Source: a virus (Duplodnaviria > Caudoviricetes). From it: a DNA stretch of 26,095 nucleotides. The notes under the pieces were generated by a model. The model saw nothing but the letters and a program-made list of their open reading frames with translations. It searched no databases and had not been told where the DNA came from. This document shows, piece by piece, positions 1-7,898 of this stretch. Both the position numbers and the translations under genes were made by a program. The DNA lies in the IMG/VR virus record IMGVR_UViG_3300006919_012066, positions 1 to 26,095 of that record, one strand, 5' to 3'. Each line of letters starts with the position of its first letter. Position 1 is the first letter of the stretch.

Positions 1-109
1 AAGTCACATAAACATAAGGTCAGTCTTTTTGTTGTTTTACTATATTAATATCATGAGTATCCATATATTCTTGCATATTATCTTCATGAATTTTTATTGT
101 TCTATCCAT
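1..109 (-). CDS. Hypothetical protein, 5' part (runs off window edge)
   Basis: ATG at 109, MDRTIKIHEDNMQEYMDTHDINIVKQQKDGPYVYVT, open to position 1 with TGA=Gly; preceded by promoter and structured leader. Confidence 0.6.
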
Positions 110-253
110 AATTATTTATTAAAGTATATTATATAAGTTAATATGTGTTGTCACAGAAAGTTAACTTGTTTTGTTTCTCTCTACCACTCATCTCTCCATA
201 TTGGAGAGGGTGATAAAGGGTGCGAGGTTAGACATTATTTCTAATGTACAAAT

Positions 254-283
254 AGTATAGCATATTTATATATTAAAAGTCAA
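254..283 (-). promoter_or_regulatory. Sigma70-like promoter TTGACT-N18-TATACT with TGn extended -10
   Basis: Motif read on minus strand directly after the stop of the 289-978 gene. Confidence 0.6.
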
Positions 284-288
284 TTATT

Positions 289-978
289 TTAGCTTGACAA
301 GTGTAAATATTCTTTTACTAGTTTATTAAGTACAGATGGTATCATAGGTCAAAGAAACCTTTCTTCTATATTTCTCTCAGATAAGATTTTTAGTTTTGCC
401 TGTGCCTCCCAATATTCTTTAGTTTTTCAAGTTTGTTTAATTAGTTCTCAAATCTCTTGTTTATATTCTCTAATTGCCTGTGATTCTCTTTTTCTTTTCT
501 CATCTTCTAGTCTTTCTTTTTCTTTTTGTTCTTCTATTCTCACTTTAGCTAGAATATCAGCTTCTCTTTTATTATCTTCATAAATACTCTTCCATTCATG
601 TTTTATAGCTTCTTCTAACATATCTATAGCAACTAGCCTATGCTTCTGTCATAGTTTTTTAAATAACATAAGTTCAGCTCTCTCAGTCATTGTATCCTTA
701 TGTTTATCTTTTCTAGTCTTTCTAAACTCTATATAAACTTCTTTAAATACAGGATCATCTATAAATTTACATACTTGTCTTGCTTTAGATTTATCATAAA
801 AGAGGGTATCATCAAAATTAATTTGTTTTATAGTTCTTTTTATAGTCTCTTTTTTATAAAAGATACAGTATCAGAATTTGTCTTGTTGCCAAATGTAATT
901 ATCAGCTCACATCTTTTGTAGTAACTCAAAGTATTCTTTTATAGTTTCAGGTGTTTTTTCTTTAGTGTATACTATCAT
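289..978 (-). CDS. Putative phage replication (replisome organizer/initiator-like) protein, 229 aa
   Basis: Code-25 ORF; segment FKEVYIEFRKTRKDKHKDTMTERAELMLFKKL...AIDMLEEAIKHEWKSIY resembles C-terminal domains of phage replication organizer proteins; followed by a charged coiled coil. Confidence 0.55.
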
Positions 979-981
979 AAT

Positions 982-1296
982 TTACCATCAAAATTCATAA
1001 AATACATCACTATTATTTTCTATCTCTTTAATTGCTTTTAAGTGCATATCTTTATAGTGTCAATAAAAATGTTTATTTATATACTTTTTTACTTTAACAA
1101 AATCTTTGGGTTTACATTTTCAATAAAAATCATCTTCAAGATAACTCCACTCATTATCTCTAACATACTTTTTATTATTTGTATAATCTTCAAACCATTC
1201 AATATTCTCAGTATTATACACTTGACATTTCCAAGTATACTCATCCCAAAATGTTCAAGTTGGCGTTGCTTTTACTAATTCAATACTCACTGACAT
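982..1296 (-). CDS. Hypothetical protein, 104 aa
   Basis: Code-25 ORF MSVSIELVKATPTGTFWDEYTWKCQVYN...VFYEFGW*, abutting next gene, own promoter. Confidence 0.75.
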
Positions 1297-1326
1297 AATT
1301 TTCTAATTAAATATTAAAGTGTTTAC

Positions 1327-1356
1327 ATTATAACATAAGTTAGTAAAAAAAGTCAA
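1327..1356 (-). promoter_or_regulatory. Sigma70-like promoter TTGACT-N18-TATAAT with TGn extended -10
   Basis: Near-consensus hexamers; -35 overlaps a hairpin (AAGTCAAA/TTTGACTT plus U-run, about 1345-1373) that may terminate the upstream transcript. Confidence 0.65.
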
Positions 1357-1360
1357 ATAT

Positions 1361-1555
1361 TTAGCTTTGACTTTCATAATAAGTTCTCTTATATATATAA
1401 AACATCTTTCAAAATATATGTAAATGTGTTATAATAGTATATTGTCATCTGATAGCATTCCATTTACTATTAATAATAGTAATAAAGGGTATTTTAAAAA
1501 TTACTTTCTCCATTTTTCACACATCATTATAACTATCTTGTTCAAATATTTTCAT
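1361..1555 (-). CDS. Hypothetical protein, 64 aa
   Basis: Code-25 ORF MKIFEQDSYNDVGKMEKVIFKIPFITIINSKW...YYESQS*, immediately downstream of the structured RNA. Confidence 0.55.
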
Positions 1556-1579
1556 ACTTTTTTCTATTAATTTCTAAAT

Positions 1580-2098
1580 TAGTATATTACTTTCAGTTCA
1601 GATTTTATCCTATTTACTGCATTCCCTCTAAGATTAATAGTAGAATTAAATTTAAAGTTACTTGAAAAACAAGGTCTGTTTAAATACCCTAGTATAAAAC
1701 TAAGTTTCTAATATTACACTTAGAGGAGCAGTAGAGAATAAAATCTAAAGAGTTTGTACATTACTTTTCAGACGAGTTTCATTGCCTACCCTGACTATAT
1801 TCCCCCCTACCAAATGGTAGCGTCGGTTATGATATGCATAAGTCAGTTGCCTACATATCCCAACTTAACTATTTTTAATAAATAGATGTAATATATAATC
1901 TGTATAGAATAATAACTATGATTTAATTAAGTTTAAAGTCTGAGGCTCGTCCATCAGATTACTATTTTTTTATTATATACTACATTCATTCATTAAGGCA
2001 ACAAAAAGACATTGCTATCTACTTCAATGTCTTTTTACAAACTACACCTATTATTAGGCAAGTTGCTTTATTTGTAGATAGATGTAATTTGTGTACAA
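1580..2098 (-). ncRNA. Candidate large, multi-pseudoknot structured non-coding RNA (~520 nt), family not recognised
   Basis: No credible ORF; own promoter; complementary segments 2079-2092/2037-2050, 2003-2014/2025-2036, 1972-1995/1876-1899, 1852-1864/1822-1838, 1719-1746/1600-1632, where most non-Watson-Crick positions are G-U on the minus strand; several loop-loop pairings. Confidence 0.7.
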
Positions 2099-2102
2099 GG
2101 CT

Positions 2103-2130
2103 ATATTATCTATATTTCTAATCTTGTCAA
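2103..2130 (-). promoter_or_regulatory. Promoter TTGACA-N16-TAATAT driving the structured RNA
   Basis: Perfect -35; predicted start near 2097 coincides with the first helix strand (TTGTACA). Confidence 0.65.
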
Positions 2131-2137
2131 ATCTTTT

Positions 2138-2224
2138 TTAAAAGTTTCTTATCTTATTATATCTTTCTATCTTTTTATGTTTAGATATCTTCTTTATACA
2201 GTTATGTTTATTATGTTTTTTCAT
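2138..2224 (-). CDS. Small basic peptide, 28 aa (tentative)
   Basis: MKKHNKHNCIKKISKHKKIERYNKIRNF*; preceded by TTGACT-N18-TACACT (2251-2280). Confidence 0.35.
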   Translation of the reverse strand: MKKHNKHNCIKKISKHKKIERYNKIRNF

Positions 2225-2378
2225 AATATATTGTTAATAGTAACAAGTATAGTGTATATGTATTGGTTAGTATAAGTCAATAGTTTAATGTAGAGATTGT
2301 GTAAAGAAAAAAAAAGAAATAAATAAATATTCTACTCTTCTTTACTAAGATTTGCAAATTTATATTGTATTTAATAAT

Positions 2379-2407
2379 AAAACCATAAGCACGACTTTAT
2401 GGTTTTT
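2379..2407 (-). terminator. Intrinsic terminator
   Basis: AAAACCATAA/TTATGGTTTT stem just after stop at 2411. Confidence 0.7.
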
Positions 2408-2410
2408 CTT

Positions 2411-2725
2411 TTATAATTCTATTTCTTTATGTTCTATCATTTGTTCTATCTGATTGTGCATATCAAAGCCTACATTATATCATATAGACTCTAAGAATTG
2501 TGATAAATTATACCATGATTCATAATCAACTAATCATTTATCTTTAACGTTTACATCATAATTTGTTCTAAATATTTTCTGTTTACCATTCACTACTATA
2601 ATTATTTGTAAATGTATAGCAGTTCTTTTTTCTTTTACTTCTTCAGTATCTCATTTGTATATTGGATACTCATAAATATCACCTAATATAGTGATATTAT
2701 CTTCTTGTTGTAATATATGTGACAT
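2411..2725 (-). CDS. Hypothetical protein, 104 aa
   Basis: Code-25 ORF MSHILQQEDNITILGDIYEYPIYKGD...IEHKEIEL*, followed by terminator. Confidence 0.75.
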
Positions 2726-2973
2726 AACCTTATAATTTAAATAATAAAAAGGAATTTGTCGTGCAACATTATTATACTCATGAAATCTAAAAGACAAAAT
2801 AAAAAACCCTAAACTAATAGCAATAATCAGAGAGGGTTTTTAATAAAAATAAATTTTTATGACATGAATTTAGACAGACATGTAGTAATATATATTATAT
2901 TGATTTATTATGATTTGCAAATAAAAAATAAATGAATATAATAGTAACACTCCTATAAAAGAATTAGTTAAAG

Positions 2974-2999
2974 AAAAAAGCCCTTAGAGGCTCTTTTTT
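2974..2999 (-). terminator. Intrinsic terminator ending the late/lysis transcript
   Basis: Minus strand AAAAAAGAGCCTCTAAGGGCTTTTTT, stem followed by U-run. Confidence 0.7.
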
Positions 3000-3400
3000 G
3001 TTTGATAATACAGTTCTTTAAATCTTCTGGCAAGTAGTTCAGTCTGTTGTTCATTTATGAATACATATTTGTTTTTTAAATCAATAAATGCTTGTTCTCA
3101 AATATAATGTGCAAAATACTCTTTATTATCTTCAAATTCTGTTAAAGTATTAAGTGTATAGATATGGCTAAATTCATGGAAAATATTATGTATTATATAG
3201 TCATCATCTTCTTTTAATAGAGATTTATCAAATTTGATTGAAGCATTAAAGTAATCATACAAAACTTTATCAACCACTGCTACTGCAAATTTCTCATCAG
3301 TTTGTGGTAGCTTTTCTATTTTATATACTATATTCCACATACTTAATCACATAAATCATTGTATGTCTCATAATAATTCTCAAAATCTTTTTTCAGTCAT
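2984..3400 (-). CDS. Zincin-like (HExxH) metallopeptidase, 138 aa
   Basis: Code-25 extension of track ORF 3098-3340; IFHEFSHI motif with downstream Glu (INEQQTELLA). Confidence 0.7.
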
Positions 3401-3438
3401 ATGGTATTTTTATAAGATAATATTCTTTGAGGCTCTTT

Positions 3439-3564
3439 TTATTTATTTTCAAGTATATTAGCTAGACTAGGAAAGCCTATTTTTCTTATATATGTTGATA
3501 CTTTCATATTTGAGTCTTTTCAAATCCTTATATTATATTTTTTTTCTATATCTTTTATTTTCAT
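3439..3564 (-). CDS. Small basic protein, 41 aa
   Basis: MKIKDIEKKYNIRIGKDSNMKVSTYIRKIGFPSLANILENK*; overlaps upstream ORF. Confidence 0.6.
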
Positions 3565-3724
3565 TAATTACTTGTTTTGTTACTTTAATTAATTTTTCTT
3601 GTCTTTCTAGTACAATTCTAGCTATTTCTTTTTTAATCTCTTCTAAAGAGTTAAATTCATTAATCCATATTCAGTATAGGTCTATTAACCTAAGTGTATG
3701 CATATCTAATTTATTTTCAAACAT
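3533..3724 (-). CDS. Hypothetical coiled-coil protein, 63 aa
   Basis: Code-25 ORF MFENKLDMHTLRLIDLYGIWINEF...; overlaps endolysin 3' end. Confidence 0.55.
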
Positions 3725-4605
3725 TTTTTCATTCAATAATCATATAATTTTTTAGCAAAGTAATATTTATCTTCTATTACTTGATTGTATTTTTTATTCT
3801 TAGGTAGACTTCAAATTCTTTCTTTATAATCAATCCAAGCTAGAACTTCAGCAAAATCTTCTGAAACATTAGTGCTTGCATAGGTAGATATATATTCTTT
3901 CATACTTCTACTAATTCTCTCCCAAGCTTTTCTTTGGTTTTCATTAAGATATTTGTAATAAACTATATGACTCCATTCATGAAAACACAATTTACCAAAC
4001 AACTCTTGTGTTGGATACTTTCTAAAAGCATTATTATAAATAACTATTTCATCTTTTTTAAACTTTGGAATTAGTCATTTAATACTTGCATAAGCAATAG
4101 TATTTTTAGTTTCTCTATTTACTAGTCTTATAGGTATTCCATTTATTTGTTTAGGTATCTTTATGCCATTTTTAATGTAAAACTCTTCTGAGGGCTTATT
4201 TTGTACCTTATATCTTATAAATCAATAAACATTCTTGTAACTATATTGATGTGTTCTAATCTTATTATCTCATATTCAATCTCAATTACCACTTCAAGTG
4301 TTTTGATCTGATATAATCATTGTTTGTAAATCAGCACTAAGAACAATACCTATATGTCAATATTCTCATATCTTCCATATACAAATATCCCCTTCCTTAG
4401 GTAAAAAATCAGGAGTGTTTTTAAACTTCTCCCATTTATCTCACCAATCAGCAAAAAAGACTTCATAAGCATTTCACTTAGGACTTTCATAGTTAAAAAC
4501 CTCTTTAGTATATTGATTAGAATAGTCTTTACATTGGTACTTATAATATCCGTCATAATCAACAACTTTTCAATCCCATTTATTTATAAACTCTTTTAAA
4601 TTCAT
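3706..4605 (-). CDS. Endolysin: N-terminal CHAP domain plus C-terminal zincin-like (HExxH) domain, 299 aa
   Basis: CHAP motifs DYDGYYKYQCKDY, PKEGDICIW, YGHIGIV, SDQN; C-terminal FHEWSH...YISTYASTNVSEDFAE; follows holin-like gene. Confidence 0.85.
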
Positions 4606-4614
4606 AAAGCTTAA

Positions 4615-4830
4615 TTAAAGAATATCATCTATTTCATCTTTACTTAGTGTTTTTAAAGGTGTTGGAGTATCTTTACTCTCTTCTCTACTATCTAGTCCAA
4701 ATATCATACCAAATACTCACATTAAAGCACCAAATAATTGACTAGCATATTGATCCTTACCTAGATAGTCTAAGTACATAAATAATGCTAATGCACTCCC
4801 TCATACTATGTATTTTGCTAAGTTTTTCAT
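4615..4830 (-). CDS. Putative holin (two hydrophobic segments, acidic tail), 71 aa
   Basis: MKNLAKYIVGGSALALFMYLDYLGKDQYASQLFGALMGVFGMIFGLD...; directly upstream of endolysin. Confidence 0.55.
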
Positions 4831-4834
4831 AATA

Positions 4835-5215
4835 TTATCATTTATTTATAAAATAAGTCCGTCAAAACAATGTTGTTCAGAAGAAAAAAAGACTAAATAT
4901 AATAAATCTCTTCCATGATGTTGTCCAATGAAATAATTGAATCAAGTTTAATCATCACTTATAGTTTGCTACTATAAAGTCTTTAATTGTTTTTCCTCTA
5001 TAAAAGTCTCTATCATGAATGTCACAGACTGTTCTCATATCTCATAATAGATTTTGTTTCTTCTCAGATTGAAAATAAGGCATACTCTCTAAATTCTTAG
5101 AGAAATTAAAGCCTCACTTCCCTCCGCATCAGTTGCAGACTCATAATTTTTTAAGTCTTGCTAGTTCTTGTAAATCAACTCAAGACTCTTTTAATATATA
5201 GTCTATTGTTTTCAT
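4835..5215 (-). CDS. Phospholipase A2-like protein, 126 aa
   Basis: CNGCGGKG...VCDIHDRDF...ANYK pattern (CxxHD catalytic motif of secretory/prokaryotic PLA2-like folds) and hydrophobic C-terminus. Confidence 0.6.
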
Positions 5216-5231
5216 ACTCGTATTTTAAAGA

Positions 5232-5321
5232 TTATTTCTTTTTAGTAGCTTTTGCTCTTCCTTTTATCCTTTTTTTCCCTACTACCTTTCTTTTTTTAGC
5301 TGTTGCTTTTCATTTTGTCAT
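5232..5321 (-). CDS. Very basic peptide, 29 aa
   Basis: MTKGKATAKKRKVVGKKRIKGRAKATKKK*; TAATG overlap with the upstream stop. Confidence 0.6.
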
Positions 5322-5854
5322 TATTCTATAATTATATCATAATTAAATATATCTCAACATTGTTGTAATGTTGTTGGTATCTGTTCTTGTAGATGTTGCA
5401 TTTGAATTTTATGCACTTGGTTTTGTCTACCTTGTCAGACATTTATTCAAACATAATAAGTGATTATTCATATTATTAATGGTATTATTATAATGAAGAC
5501 TAAATAAAATACAAATTTAATAAAAGCAAACATTGCTTTATCTTTTAAGCGATTAGTTGTAAATTCCCTAACATCAATTCAGTTCTTTCTTCAGTGGTAT
5601 TCAATAAAGTCATAACACATTGCATAATGAGGTAAATCTGCTTCATATATCTCTATAGGAGGAATTTCTTTTTCCTTAATAATTTCTTTAGTCTTCTTAT
5701 AATATTCATTACTACTATATATTTTATACTTTCTTTTTGAAAATGGAGTTAATCATTCATAACTATATACCTTGTTTCAATCATCAAAAACAGTATGAGT
5801 CACTCAAAGAATAGCTCAATACAATGTTTTATTTAATGTTTCTACTATCTTCAT
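5321..5854 (-). CDS. Membrane-anchored hypothetical protein, 177 aa
   Basis: Code-25 ORF with one long hydrophobic stretch AMFAFIKFVFYLVFIIIIPLIIGIITYYVGI. Confidence 0.7.
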
Positions 5855-6129
5855 GGCTTTAGTTTATTCATTTTAATTAATACTTTTGTAAAGAATGTTA
5901 TAAATACTACATTCAATATTGGAGCAATAATCCATAATGTTTGTTGATCACTATAATACTCTAGTAAATTTAATATTGTACTACATAGTATAAACATAAT
6001 AAGAATAAATCAAGTAGACTTATTTTGTAAACTAAACAATATCCCAATAGAAAATATTATCTCTAGTGCAGTAACTAATAATAATAACCAAAGAGGGCAA
6101 GAAATTTGTATTATATCTAAAAGTGCCAT
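5845..6129 (-). CDS. Membrane protein with about three TM segments, 94 aa
   Basis: MALLDIIQISCPLWLLLLVTALEIIFSIGILFSL...; coupled to neighbours. Confidence 0.7.
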
Positions 6130-6494
6130 TATTTAAGTTTATTTGTAATAAGTGTTTTTAATCTATTTAAGAACAAGAAAGGAAAGATAGATGCTACTAC
6201 ACAAGTAATATATACTGTCATTTCATTAAATGCTCATAGTTTTATCAATAAGAAACCAAATGTAGAAACTGACATTGCCCACACTATTCCTTTTAAGAAC
6301 TCTTTTATCCTTGTCTCATCTCTAACAAACACTAATCAGAATGTATATGCTAAGAAACATAATCCTGTAAATACTAGTAATTCTAACAATGAAGCTCTAG
6401 TAAGTAATGTTTCAGATAATGTAATTGTTCCACCTGTTCATGTTAGTGCTCAAGATACAGAGTATAATGTGCTAGTTGTTGCTATTTTTTCCAT
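6129..6494 (-). CDS. Holin-like membrane protein with about three TM segments, 121 aa
   Basis: Hydrophobic segments and basic C-terminus (NRLKTLITNKLK); first gene after tail module. Confidence 0.6.
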
Positions 6495-6613
6495 GTCACT
6501 TTTTGTTTTAAAATAAAGTCCCCTCAACCATTATACTCATAAGACATTAATATAACATTAATTTCAGGACACTTTTTTACATATTACTCTTTTTGTGTCA
6601 TTAGTCTAGTTTT

Positions 6614-6967
6614 TTATATGTGTTTTGTTCTGATTTCCATCTTTTTTGCTCAAACTAATTGTCAAAATTGGATAAAATCATTATATGTCATTGGAATAAT
6701 GTTATATTCACTATCAAATATATGAACAGGATCTAAACTAGTTTTATCAGCATATTCAAAGTAAGCTCAGATTTCTCATATATCTTTTTTTCTTATCTTA
6801 AATTTTCATCATTTAAACTCTATAATTGTTTCTGAGATTTCTTTTTTAAGGTTTTCTAATTTACTTAATTTCATTTGAATTTTAAATTCTTTTATTTCTT
6901 CTTCTGTCATTTCATCTTCAAAGGCAATCCATTCTCAATCTTGTAGTCTTTGTCTTGTAATTTTCAT
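6614..6967 (-). CDS. Putative tail-fibre assembly chaperone, 117 aa
   Basis: Small ORF directly after tail fibre; call rests mainly on position. Confidence 0.5.
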
Positions 6968-6974
6968 AATCACA

Positions 6975-7880
6975 TTATTTAGTAAATAAAATCATAATTG
7001 CTCATGTTCAATTTGTTAATGTTCATGGTGTTGTTGGCATTACTAAAGACCCTAATGACTCATAGTAGTGATTATTAAACACTGTTGTTACAGCTTGACT
7101 TAATGAAATAGACTTTGTATATGCTGGAGTAATCGTTTTAATATAACTATTACTATCTCATGCAACGAATGCTCACCAATATAATCAAGGTTCTAAATCT
7201 TCACTTAGTGTTGAATCACTAATATATCAAGTGCCTGTAACATCTGATGTTTGGACAACTAATGTTCAAGGTCTATTAGATGAATTTGTATAAATTCCCA
7301 TTCTACATCAGTTATTCATAGGAAAATTTCATACATAGACTCAAAGTTCATTAATAGTTTTAGAAGCTGTTAAATGAAATGGAAAATAATATAACCTATT
7401 AATAATTCTATTGATAGTTGATGTAGTTCCATTAATATAATTTAAAGGTATCTTATAAGATGTATCTATTAAATTTCATAATACTCTATCTTGAGTTCAA
7501 GATAGGTCTTGCCATACTACTCACTCTGGAGCTGTGCTATCAGCTCGTAATACTTGTCAATTAGGTCATACAGGCAATCTTACATCAGTTGTTCAGTTGT
7601 GTACTATCATGTCTCACTTAGTAGTAGTTGGAGTTCATCAAGCACTTCAATATGTTCAATCTTCTTTTAAAAAATTTGATGGACTTCATGTGCTACTTAA
7701 TGTTACTCCATTTACACTAGCATTAGTAATAGTCTCTCAATCTTTATCAGCCTTTAAATCTAGTGCTGCTTGTTGTGCTGTAGAAACAGGCTTATTTGCA
7801 TCACTAGTATTATCTACATTACCTAATCAAACCTGAAACTTAGGTATAGAATTTATATCGTTTGGGTTTATCAAAGTCAT
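6975..7880 (-). CDS. Tail fibre protein, 301 aa
   Basis: Typical fibre motifs VGLGNVDNTSDANKPVSTAQQAALDLKAD and TTKGDMIVHNGTTDVRLPVGPNGQVLRAD. Confidence 0.85.
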
Positions 7881-7898
7881 AATCTTGGTAATTAAAAA

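Noticed and set aside
294-321. Plus-strand promoter starting TTGACA, antisense to the replication gene
   Set aside because: No convincing -10 at 16-18 bp spacing
1776-1957. Hammerhead ribozyme (CUGAUG at about 1952-1957, GAAAC at 1776-1780)
   Set aside because: The core reads CUGAUGG, not CUGANGA, and stems I-III cannot be built around these words
4350-4565. Track ORF MLIMTDIIST... on the minus strand
   Set aside because: Alternative frame inside the CHAP endolysin gene
6495-6613. Possible small ORF between chaperone and holin-like gene
   Set aside because: Only very short frames; more likely intergenic with a TATAAT box near 6530-6535
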